Program-made: the position numbers and the translations under genes | Assembly (NCBI GenBank): GCA_004764695.1 | Contig: SMSO01000014.1 | Span: 5,094,845 to 5,158,844 of the forward strand | Direction: 5' to 3' | DNA from: Schizochytrium sp. TIO01 | Taxonomy: Eukaryota; Protista; Bigyra: Labyrinthulomycetes | Length of the DNA stretch: 64,000 nucleotides | Shown here: positions 36,916 through 47,467 of the stretch, piece after piece | How the letters are laid out: every line of letters starts with the position of its first letter | Position numbering within the stretch: position 1 is the first letter of the stretch | The notes under the pieces: generated by a model | Seen by the model: the letters and a program-made list of their open reading frames with translations, nothing else | The model's database searches: none | Told to the model about the DNA's origin: nothing

Positions 36916-38297
36916 ATGAGCTCAAGCAAAGCCAAACCTGATAAACGAGCTGGTCGGCGTTCAGCGGCTACAAGAGGTGGCGCCCGTAGAACTGGACCAG
37001 GCCGCTCACAACCTGCATCAAACAAGGCATCGAGGCTATCAGCTGCACAGGCAGTTCGCCCATCACCATCACTTGACCGAGGTACTCAGGGTTTGTCGGA
37101 GCTGAATGAAAGCGATAGTCAAGACGTGTCCGACGACTCGCGAAATTCCTTCGCTGCAGTTGCCGCGGCAGCCGCAGCAGACCCATATATTCCTCGGACA
37201 GAGACCCCAGCATCAGCATCATCCGCAAACCATTCATCAACCTCTGTAATTTCGGGGGCATCGTCCTCAGCTGGACCCTGGAATCAACAGCCCTCTACAA
37301 CTGCCAATCCTAATCGTCCGCAACCACTGCCACCAGCCGCACAGCTGCAGCAACATCATCATCATCATCATCATCAACAACAACAACAACAAAAAATAAA
37401 ACAGAAAGCGCCACAAAAGGTAACAGCATCGTCAACGTCAACGATGACTGACACAGCAAATAGAACACAATCATCCCAATCAGGGCAACCACAATCTTCT
37501 ATGCAAGAGGCTGCTAGACCAAATGCCGCAGCGAGTCTAGATCAGGCCCAAGGTGTAACACAAGGTGTGGCGAGTAGAACCGAGTACATTGTACCACAAT
37601 TACAACACGCACCCCAACAAATATCACCCCATCACCCTGACGCCGCTTATCAAGATTACATGCCACCACTTCCTCATGGGCATCCCATGAACCCTGAAAT
37701 GAATCCATATTATCTTCGATCACCTATACTACCTGGCAATCAATGGATGCAGCACCCGGTACCATACGGTTTTCCACCTCATATGCCCTATCGAGACCAC
37801 AACGGGAGACCGTATGCTCCTCCGCCATATCACGGGGCAGACTCAGGTCAAGTTCCGCATCCTTACCCTTATCCGCCACCTCCACGTGTTGTATCTCACG
37901 AACAGCAGCAGCAGCAGCAGCAACAACAACACCAGCAAAACCTCATGCAACCGCCATCAACAATGTATGTTTATCCCCCTTCAGATAAAACACAAGGAGG
38001 ACCAGCAACTTCTTCGTCGTCATCGTCTTCGTTGTCATCGAGTTCATCATCATCACCATCCTCTTCAGCACCCCCAGTTCCACCATCATATGTGCAACAA
38101 CAGCAAGCCAGTGGACCTTTGCCAAGCCCAACTCATCTCGACTCCCAACAAGTTCCAGCTCATTTTATGCATCCAATTCATTCGCCCTCTCATGGCTCGC
38201 CATCTCCATATAGCGGAGCCATGGCACCTCCTCCGAATGTGCCTCATTTCGCAAGTCAGCATCACCCACATTACCCACCAGGCCACGCACCCTACAT

Positions 38298-38332
<35 letters not shown>

Positions 38333-38391
38333 TTGTAACAAATCAGCAACATCAACTAGCTGCACCTGTTGTGTCGTCGTCGTCGTCGTCG

Positions 38392-38423
<32 letters not shown>

Positions 38424-39177
38424 GTCGTCGTCGTCGTCATCGGCATTGGCATCGGCATCTGCCAATGCAAAATCTTCCAACAATCTACCATATGATGACG
38501 CAAATGACCCTTCGGCATTGCACATTGTTGCTTCTCCTGTCGGCTATCCTTCACAACAGCAGTATGGACTTGTTTCGGTAAATCCGCAGGGAAAAGTTGT
38601 TCAACTCGATTTTGCATGCGGTGCTTATTTGGTGGATCCTACATCAAGTAATTTCCTATACCTTTGCTTATTTATCTGTGGCGGCACATTTGTAGAAGTT
38701 ACGCGTATTGATGTTGACGGATCCAAACTGCTCGCGAAGGGCGCGAGCATGCCAGGAAACCCTGGACGCTGGTGGAAAATTCGCTTGCAAGTTCGTGAAC
38801 CTACGGTGCCCATCGAAAAGCAGGAACGCTCCTTAGCTCAAATTGAAGAGACAAATTGTCCTTCCTTTAGTATTCGATACTACAAATGTTTTGGTAAAGT
38901 GAGCATTCCTTCTCGTGCAGATCCAGACCCAGGGTATGCCGCTAAACAGGCTTGTGAACAGAAAAGGTGCCTTCATCCTACAGTCAATGCAAGTAACCTT
39001 CACTACGAAGCGTTGAGCAAATGTCGTCGTTCTATTGAGCCTTTCGCTTCTCAAACGATCAAATATATGACACCAAGACAAAAATCGATCATGCAGGCTT
39101 TTCACAACCCGCCAGAATCAGGATTCCATTTTGAGGAACCTCGTCCTATTTTTGCCAAACGTTTACAACGTGTGTAA
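36916..39177 (+). CDS. Hypothetical 753-aa protein: basic N-terminus, long Q/P/S/H/Y low-complexity region, ~200-aa uncharacterised C-terminal globular domain (possible nuclear regulator)
   Basis: 2.26-kb ATG-initiated ORF (context TTAAATG). It has in-frame polyQ/polyH/polyS tracts and a complex Cys/aromatic-rich C-terminus (GKVVQLDFACGAYLVDP...RWWKIRLQVREP...). I recognise no family. Confidence 0.85.
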
Positions 39178-40468
39178 GAGGAATCACCAGTACCTTTTGA
39201 GTTCTCTACAAGGGTGATAAACTCGGTTTTGGACAGAAATGAGGGTTTAGACTGTTCTGATATCTTGTGTGCTTTCGCTGGTCTTAAACGCTGAGATTTG
39301 CGCGGGTACAAAGGAGGGGCATCCAGCATTCCGACTCTGCTGTTTGGTTGATATTTTTCCTCCTTTCGCTTTATCATGGCACTCTTTTTTGTCTATTAGT
39401 TGCGCTGACCTGTACTTCAGGCAGATGCTGAATTGGGGACGTTATCTTTGCATTGGCTTTTAGATAACCCATCCCTTTATGAGACTGCCCATGGTTTTAG
39501 CGTTGTTTTGGCCCTTTTCACTGAGCAATGGTGTAGAAGTGTCATCATCATTATGTATGGTATGATTTCTCTTTCAACTAAAACACACATGTCTCATACG
39601 AGCTCATGTTGGTAAGATCGTCATGTCTTTTTCCATAGGGAAAACAACTAAACCTCTATTATAGTAGAATACATAGCTGCGATTAGGCCTTTTGCCTGCC
39701 GGCACTAGGAAGCCCTCCTCTCAGCTTTTGTACTTTTCATCGTCTAATATTACAAAATTTTAAGTCTCCGCAATTAATTTTAATACCTGATTGTGATGCG
39801 CACAAGAGAGCAATCCGAGTCGCGCACCACCTTGCATGCTACAGTTGTGGAAGTGGGGATGCAAAGCGAGGTAATTGCAATTGAAGTTTGTCTTTCCCAA
39901 GTATTGAGATTACTTGTGACGTTGCTAATTAAAAATTGTTAAGAACTTTCATAACCACAGATAGGTGAATCATGCAGACAATTAAACAGAAGCAAAAAGC
40001 AGGAAGAGGAGGAAGGTATTCAAAAAACATTCAGGAATATATCAAAATGGTTTGTTGTTTTGTTTTCAATCAAAAATCATCAAAGGTGGTTTGTTTGCTT
40101 GCTTGCTTGCTTGTATGCATGCTTGCTTTGCTCATGTGTACGCAAATCAGCCCTTCTGCGTTCCCAGATAGTTGATAAGATTCAATCCTTGCCAGAAAGG
40201 CATTGGACTCAAACGGAAGGAAGGGGTAGAAAGCAGGGAAGAGGAAAGACTAGGGATTCACCTTTTGCTGAAAAAGCAATACCGATATCAATCATAGCGT
40301 GCTTTTTCCTGTACTAGGCTCCAGGTGGTAGTCCCCGTTTCCGCTAGTAGCGAATACATACATGTACGTTGAAAGGGAAGAAACGCATGGGTCTCTTCAA
40401 TCATTCATTCATTCAGTCAATCATTCACTCATTGTACATCCATGCAACGCCTAAATATGCATCAATTG

Positions 40469-43400
40469 TCAACGTCCCGGCCGCCTTCTATTGTTGTTAT
40501 TGTTGTTATTGTTGTTGTTGTTATTACTGCTGCTGGAGATGCCGCTATTATTGTGGTTCGAAGAAGATCCATGGTTGTTACTCGCGCTACCGTTGTTATT
40601 CCTGCCTCTCAAGTGGCGAGGGTGTTGCTCCGGCGCGACACCATTGTTACCACTGTGGTTATTGTTATTACCGGCATTGTTGCTGCTAATTCCACCGCCA
40701 CCAGAGGCATGTCCACCGTTGTTACCTCCTGTCGGAGCATTGCTACTGCCACCGTTAGAAACACGGTTGATGTGCAAGAGAATGTGCCGTCCATAAGTAA
40801 ATCGTTGCAACAGATCAGACCGATCATGAATCTCGTTGCTCAGACGCTGGCGAAGAGCACCGGCACTTCGATCAAAAGCACGCTGTACCACAAAGTTAGC
40901 ATAAGGATCTTGCATAAGCATGAGCAAATTATCATCGCCAACATGGTGAACAGAGGAAGATCTAGAGCGCGATGCCCGGTTTCCAGAGGCATCTTGAGGC
41001 ATGCTTGCAGCTAAGAGCTCATTAGATTTGGCCAGGTTCTTTTCACTTGGCTCTATCAACTGCGAGACAAGGCGATCGACTTGTGGGGGTGTAGCACAAG
41101 CAAGGCACTTTTCGACGAGATGGCTTGAGAATTTTAGCATAGAGAGCTCGACAACGTTTGCCGCAACATACCTTTGCACCATTTCCTTTTGCGCAGAGGA
41201 ACCATACGTTAAAAGATGCTGGAGAACAAAGTTAGCATGCTGATCTTTGGCCAACTCGGGCTGGGTGGCCTCCAATTGCGCAAAAATAGACCTCATGGCT
41301 TTGCTCCGGTCCTCATTGCAGTCGTCCAATACAGAAAGTACTAACCGGTAGGAGTGCGCATGTTTAGAAAGCGCAACAAAGTCAAGATCAACGGCGTGCT
41401 CAGCTGCAGACAAAAGAGCAGCAGTTGTCGGGGCTCCACTTGCAAAATATTCCTCGGGCGCTCCGTCTGCTCGACGCTGTTTTTCCTCCTCGAGAATGAT
41501 CGTCATTACCTTTTGGATGCAATGGGTGGCAAATGAGTTCCGTGCAGCCTCACCGAGTGAATAGGGGCTGAGAACCAGCTCCCCAAGTAGCTCGTTTCGT
41601 AAATCCTTTGACAACAAAGTAATAGCGCGCTGCACAACACGTGTCCCGTGCGCATTCGAAGAGAGTGCCATCATATGATTTCTCATGCACTGTCCAATTT
41701 GCATCCGGGCATCAGCTGGAGAATGCTCAAGAAAATTCTGCACCACATAGTTACCGAATGTATCTTGCATCAGCGTGACAGCGTCTGTGCATACTTCAGA
41801 AACAAGCTGTCTTTTCACGTCATCCGTCGCAGACTCATTTAGATATTGCAAAAAGCGCGATCCAGCGGCGTCACGAGCAAATTCTACCACGTGACCAGTT
41901 AATTCCTCGATACTCGGGCGCCTGCCTGAGGCACGGTACTCCAGCAAAGCGGTACACGCATTGCGATTATTGCCACCATTACCTCCATTGTTGCTATTTC
42001 CATTACCAGGGCCACTGTTACCATTGTTGCCTCCGAGGCTCCTACGGTGGAACCCAGGGCCATTGCGGCTGTCGCTGCGGTTATCACCGCTACGACCATC
42101 CCCATTGTTACTGCCGTTACCAGCACCACCATTGCCAGCATTACCTTGGTGATGGCGATCAGAGCGACGGTCGCCGTGGTGTTGAACATTTCGCGAGTTC
42201 ATAGCATGGCGATGCATATTGTGGTGTTGGCGAGCATGGGCGGAGTGCCCAGGAGAGGAAGGAGGTGAGGGTCCACCCGGAACAGCCCCACTCATACCAG
42301 CAGAGTTCACGGGGATACCAGACTGGCCAAGGTAACCGGGAGATCCCATGGACGGGGGCGTGTAGTAGCCAGCGGTAGAGTACATCCATGCTTGGGGTAC
42401 CATGTGCTGATGGTGTGCGGCGGCTGCTTGCATCATAAGATCTGGGCTAGATGCCATGCTCATGCCCTGGGATCCCTGGCCGGGGATTCCCGTATACTGC
42501 ATATTCATGTTCATATTCATCATTTGGGGTGGGCCACCGGCGGTGTTGAACAAAGGGCTCGCATATAAACCGCTAGCATCCCCACCATACATACCAGCAA
42601 GTAATTGCTGTTGTTGCTGCTGGAGCATTGATGTTGGCGATCCCATCCCCAGGTGCTGGGCGCTGTTGGCTCCAAATGGGATTTGCTGAGCCATGATGGC
42701 CTGAATGTTGTGAGGAGAGTCATACGCTGAAGAATGTAAGTGGGCATTACTGTGGGTTTGTTGCTCATGAAGATGCGAAGCTTGCGATGGTTGTTGATGT
42801 TGATGTTGCTGGAGCTGGAGATGATGGGAGGGTCTGCGCTGTTGCTGCTGATGTTGCTGCTGATGTTGTTGCTGTTGCTGTTGCTGTTGTTGCTGCTGTT
42901 GCGAAATTGAGTTGTTGTCTAAAGCTAGCTCCGCCGTAGCCTCACTGTTGAGGACATGGTATGGGGCGTCGTTAATACTGCTGGCGTTGGCATTGCCAGG
43001 TTCGTTGCCGCTGTTGGAAACACCACCGTTGCCTGCACTCGCAGCCCCAGTCTGCTGTTGCTGCTGCTGGTGGTGGTAATGGTCATTATTTGTTGCTACC
43101 CGGGATGGTGTTGCTGATGCTGCAGCTGCAGCCGCCGAGGAGCTACTTGATGCCGCGTCTCTAGCATTAGGACTTGAGTCTGAAGTCTTTGGACGGCTAA
43201 ACATCTCTCGAAACGTGTCGAGTTGGTCAGCACGAAGGCGAGGAACCCCACCTGGAGAGCTCCTCACAGGGGTGTAAGATGATCCTTCAACAGGTGGAGT
43301 TGCTGACAGCTGCATGCGATTCGGCAATTCCCAAGTTTCTCTAGAAAAGGCTCCCGAGCCACCTAGTTCACCCGGTCTCGCAGCAAAGCCACTGAAGTCC

Positions 43401-44599
43401 GAAACCGCAGCAGTATGCGTGTGTGAACGCCTGTGCTTTGGCGGCGCCCTAAACACAGAGTCTTGTCCAAATATGTCCACTTCTTTATCATCATGTTGCT
43501 CCTCCTGCTGCCGATGTTGCGCCTGTTGCTGCTGCTCCTGCTGCTGCTGCTGCTGCTGATGGAGGTCTTCACGTTGGCGTTGAAAATTGTCTTCATGGCG
43601 TCTTTGTGGGCTACCTGTCACCTCGCTACCATGGTTCCCAGGTGGGGCATCAAGCAAAGTTTCCGAGATTGACGCTGTGAGCGTTGAGATGTCAAAATCA
43701 TCTGCAGGAGAACTTCCTGGCGAGCCCATAGTGGCGCTTCGACGGTGGTGGTGATGATGGCTCTGATGCCCAGCTCCTATGCTTGAAGGGGACGCTGCAA
43801 ATCCTGAGTAACTGTCAAGTGGGGCGGCGTGGTCCCCAAGCCAGTTCACAGAGCCCGTCAAGCCAAGATCGTCTTTTGAAGACGAGGCATTTGACGCCGC
43901 TGACGATGCCGACGCCGCGTCCACAAAGTCCGGCCTGCCACCCTTGGCAAAGGCGCCCTCGTGTTCCTCATGGTTATGAGAATGATCTTGGATATGGTCG
44001 ATTTGTTGCTGTTGTTGGTGTTGATTATGTGGGCTAGGTTGTTGTTGCTGTTCGTGCTGCATTTGATCCTCTACGTGCCCTTGTTGGTGCTGGCCATCCT
44101 GCTGTTCTCCTGGCGGAAGGTCATGCTGCAAGCTCGGAAGAAACGTGTCAAAGGAGAACTGGTCCCATGTCAGCGACTTGTGATGGCGGCTTCTATCCCT
44201 CGAGTGCGCTTCCGCACCTCCATGAGCTCCTGCCATAGCTCTTGCTGCGCCGACGCTCTCGTGGACCTCCGCGCCTCTTCGTGCGTGAGTCTCTCTCTCG
44301 CGGACTCTCGAGCCCTCAAGATCCCCAAATCCAAGATTTGGGCCCAGTATGCCAGAACTGTCAATATTTATCCTTTGAACGTCCTCTTCGTGCCCGCGCA
44401 AGTTTCTTTCTCCAAATTCCGTCTTTATCGAGACGCTTCTGGCGTCAATTTTACCTCCGCCACTTTCAGAACTGGTGTCAAGGCCGCTGGATGATCGCTC
44501 TTCAAATTCGATTCCCAGAACTGCCCCCCGTTCTTCTTTATCGCGTCCTTTATCTTCGTCTTTGATCCTGTTGCCGAAGCTGCCGTCGCCCGGCAGCAT
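40469..44599 (-). CDS. Pumilio/PUF-family RNA-binding protein (~1376 aa; long Q/H/N/G-rich N-terminal region, C-terminal 8-repeat PUM-HD)
   Basis: Eight Puf repeats at ~40770-41950 (e.g. DAAGSRFLQ, DTFGNYVVQ, KFSSHLVE, DPYANFVVQ, ending YGRHIL). The ORF track starts at TTG 44758; the first in-frame ATG is 44597-44599 (MLPGDGSFG). The exact start is uncertain. Confidence 0.93.
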   Translation of the reverse strand: MLPGDGSFGNRIKDEDKGRDKEERGAVLGIEFEERSSSGLDTSSESGGGKIDARSVSIKTEFGERNLRGHEEDVQRINIDSSGILGPNLGFGDLEGSRVRERETHARRGAEVHESVGAARAMAGAHGGAEAHSRDRSRHHKSLTWDQFSFDTFLPSLQHDLPPGEQQDGQHQQGHVEDQMQHEQQQQPSPHNQHQQQQQIDHIQDHSHNHEEHEGAFAKGGRPDFVDAASASSAASNASSSKDDLGLTGSVNWLGDHAAPLDSYSGFAASPSSIGAGHQSHHHHHRRSATMGSPGSSPADDFDISTLTASISETLLDAPPGNHGSEVTGSPQRRHEDNFQRQREDLHQQQQQQQEQQQQAQHRQQEEQHDDKEVDIFGQDSVFRAPPKHRRSHTHTAAVSDFSGFAARPGELGGSGAFSRETWELPNRMQLSATPPVEGSSYTPVRSSPGGVPRLRADQLDTFREMFSRPKTSDSSPNARDAASSSSSAAAAAASATPSRVATNNDHYHHQQQQQQTGAASAGNGGVSNSGNEPGNANASSINDAPYHVLNSEATAELALDNNSISQQQQQQQQQQQQHQQQHQQQQRRPSHHLQLQQHQHQQPSQASHLHEQQTHSNAHLHSSAYDSPHNIQAIMAQQIPFGANSAQHLGMGSPTSMLQQQQQQLLAGMYGGDASGLYASPLFNTAGGPPQMMNMNMNMQYTGIPGQGSQGMSMASSPDLMMQAAAAHHQHMVPQAWMYSTAGYYTPPSMGSPGYLGQSGIPVNSAGMSGAVPGGPSPPSSPGHSAHARQHHNMHRHAMNSRNVQHHGDRRSDRHHQGNAGNGGAGNGSNNGDGRSGDNRSDSRNGPGFHRRSLGGNNGNSGPGNGNSNNGGNGGNNRNACTALLEYRASGRRPSIEELTGHVVEFARDAAGSRFLQYLNESATDDVKRQLVSEVCTDAVTLMQDTFGNYVVQNFLEHSPADARMQIGQCMRNHMMALSSNAHGTRVVQRAITLLSKDLRNELLGELVLSPYSLGEAARNSFATHCIQKVMTIILEEEKQRRADGAPEEYFASGAPTTAALLSAAEHAVDLDFVALSKHAHSYRLVLSVLDDCNEDRSKAMRSIFAQLEATQPELAKDQHANFVLQHLLTYGSSAQKEMVQRYVAANVVELSMLKFSSHLVEKCLACATPPQVDRLVSQLIEPSEKNLAKSNELLAASMPQDASGNRASRSRSSSVHHVGDDNLLMLMQDPYANFVVQRAFDRSAGALRQRLSNEIHDRSDLLQRFTYGRHILLHINRVSNGGSSNAPTGGNNGGHASGGGGISSNNAGNNNNHSGNNGVAPEQHPRHLRGRNNNGSASNNHGSSSNHNNSGISSSSNNNNNNNNNNNNRRRPGR

Positions 44600-45636
44600 A
44601 AGGGGTCCGGATCTCAAGTTGGTGATGATCGAGATCCGCGGCCGCTCGCGCGCGTGGAGCGGCCTGGCTGCGACAGCGACCTTGCAGCGCCTCCGCTGCA
44701 GACCGCCTACCTCGCAGCGCCTCCGCTCGAGCGCAGCAGCCGCGCCACGCTCCTTCAAATCAGCGTCTGGAGCGAGCTGGCGTCAAGCGCTCTTCTTTCC
44801 TCTTTCTTTCCAGTCTCTCTCTCCCTTGATTTCCCTCCACCTTATCCCCGTATCAACCTCTCCGGTGCAATTTTTACGTATTTTATTCCCCTCCGTGTAT
44901 TTAATTCTGGGCCTGCCTGCTTATCTCCCTTGCTTTTTCCTCGCCGCCCCGCGCCCTCTCCCTCCTCTCGCGCTCCCTCCTGCCGCAGGCCTTCTGGAGC
45001 GGTGCATGGCCCGTGCATGGTCGCGGGGTCCCTGCGGCCTGCCTAGCGCCCCCGCCGCCGGCCTCTGGCCGCTCTGGCCGCCCTGGGCGTGGCCGCAGCG
45101 GCTTTGGCGCTCGAGGATCGAGGATCGCGCCTTGGACCCGTGCCTACCGCCGCCTAGTCAACTGCTACCGCGCCCTCTGGAAGTGGATGCGGGCTGGATA
45201 AAATACGCGGCGGCGTCTCTGCGATTTTCCTCGGGAGTTCCCCATACGAGTCTGATGAGGGGAGACAGAGACTCAGGCAGACCTCGAAAGGCGGAGAGAA
45301 AGAACGAATTTAAACGAAATCAAACGAACTAAAAACGCAGAGGAGAGATCGAAGCGAGGCCTACCCGAATGCCTAGCCAGCTCCTAGCCGCTCGGGCGGC
45401 CGAAGAGCTCCTTTGGGAATGAACGAATGAACGAATGATTGATTGATTGATCGATTGTTGGATTGACTGATCGATTGAGTGAAAGCTTTCTCCTTCTTCG
45501 AGTTTTCTTCTTTTCCCGTCTTTCTCTGCATTCAAGTTCAAAGCTGTTCGAGTTAGACAGGCAGGAACATAGGCAGATAGTGTCATGAAGAGGTGCTCCG
45601 CAAAAGCAGAAACAAAGAAATCAAACGAAGAAAACA

Positions 45637-45671
<35 letters not shown>

Positions 45672-46068
45672 CAAAGAACAGAGGGAGAGAGAGTGCCCAG
45701 TTCTGCCTAGGCGCCACTTACCCAGCGCTAGCCAGCCCCGCAAAGAACAGAACGCGGCTTTCGATTCTTTCTCTCAGGCGGCCAAGCAGAGGCGAGAGAA
45801 TGAATGAATGAAATTCAAAATTGTCCAGGGCAAGAAAGAACAGGCGCTCCGCAGGTAGCACCTAGCTACTCCAAACCCACTCTGCGCGGAACGGGAAGAG
45901 GAACGAAGATAGGAACGCAAGGCCTAGCTAGCTAGCTAGCACTGCCTACTGGTCACAGGCAGCGCCGCGCATAGAACGGAACAGGCAGGAGGCAGGCCTG
46001 GCCGGAGAAAGAACAGTTGCTAGCTTTTGAGGTAGAACAAGCACTAGTAGGCTAACCCGTCTTTTGCG

Positions 46069-46103
<35 letters not shown>

Positions 46104-47391
46104 CAGAGGGCAGAAGAAGAAAAAAAGAAGTTCCTTTCAATTCTGTCTCATCTCATTGAATTCATTTCTGTCTCATTCATCTCCGTCTCATCTCCTGTTT
46201 CTCTGCTCGAGCACTCGCTCCTTCGCGGCCGGAGCCACGGAGGAGGAGGAGGAGGAGCAGGAGAAGGAGGAGGATGCCGCGCGTTTCGTTGCGTCGCGTT
46301 TGATGATGTCCACGGCGCCTTTGGACACGCTTCCTCGAAGAAGTTCCAGCCGAAGCGAGGGAAAATAAATTAGTTAGTTCATTCACAGGCAGTGAGTGAG
46401 TGAGTGAGTGAGTGAGGCCTTTCGCGTTTGGCGCACTTGCGGGCGGAGTTTGCTCTACTGTAGACCGCGTATAGTTCACTTGCGAGAAAGCGGGCAAGTG
46501 GGCTATGGCGCCTCGCACCGCGGTGGTATCGGTTGAGTGCGGGAAGTGGAGCAAACGTGCGGCATACAGTGGAGCTTAGCGATAGCCCCAAGTAGAGTTG
46601 GCCTGCGGGAAATGGAAAGTTTACTCCAAGTGCCCCCCAACTGAGGGGAGGGAGAAGATCCAGTTTCTCAGGTTTTTCTCGTTCATGCGTTTATTGCTTA
46701 GTTATTTCTTTGTTGTTTCTTTGTTGTTTCATTGTTTCTTTCTTTGTTTGCCTGTCCATAACAACCAGAACTACGGTGGAAAGATATTGCGGCGGTGGCG
46801 AACATGCACGTTGCCTTGCACACGCCCTCTTGTGCTGCTCCTCTGTCTACAGCTCATCCAGGTAGGTGGCTATGAAGCAGCTTGGGAAGACGATCGGCGC
46901 CAAGCTGAAAGAAACTGGGGACCTAGGCGGAGGTCTTTTCTTTCTCGTGGACACCAGTAGCACTCATATGGGTTACCAATAGCAGTCGAACTTCCTTTCC
47001 TTCTTTTGAAACTTTTGTTACCATTTTACTACTAAGTTATAACTTTTAAAAAAATGGGGGAAAATGGAAAAGGCGTTAAAACCTTATTTCAGAAACAAAG
47101 AAGGATACCACAAAAATTGATTGATGCGTAGATGGATTGTTTTACTCAGGGTATCACTCATTTCATCATCGGCAACGTTCCACTCTCTAGCCTGAAACAA
47201 GCAAACTTTACAGACAGAATCGCCCCCCTCTGAGAGCCGAGACAGCACTCGACACCCACTTGTCAGGTCTGTTCTAACAAAGATTGCATTCTCTAGAGAG
47301 GTAAAAGGATTGATGCTGCAAAAGAATGGATAAATTTACTGCAGTGAATCAATGGCGACGACCAAGTACAGCGAATTGTTAAAGCATCTGG

Positions 47392-47467
47392 GCTGCAGAG
47401 CTGCAGAGCTGCAGAGCTGCAGAGCTGCAGAGCTGCAGAGCTGCAGAGCTGCAGAGCTGCAGAGCTG
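47392..47467. repeat. Octanucleotide repeat (GCTGCAGA) x ~9.5
   Basis: Directly visible perfect array. Confidence 0.95.

Noticed and set aside
40350-40440. PUF autoregulatory sites in its own 3' region (UGUAUGUA, UGUACAAU on the minus strand)
   Set aside because: They do not match the predicted UGUNNAUA, and such words are common in this repeat-rich DNA.
44600-44758. N-terminal 53-aa extension of the PUF ORF
   Set aside because: Begins at TTG in GC-rich leader sequence. The first ATG at 44599 is the more plausible eukaryotic start.
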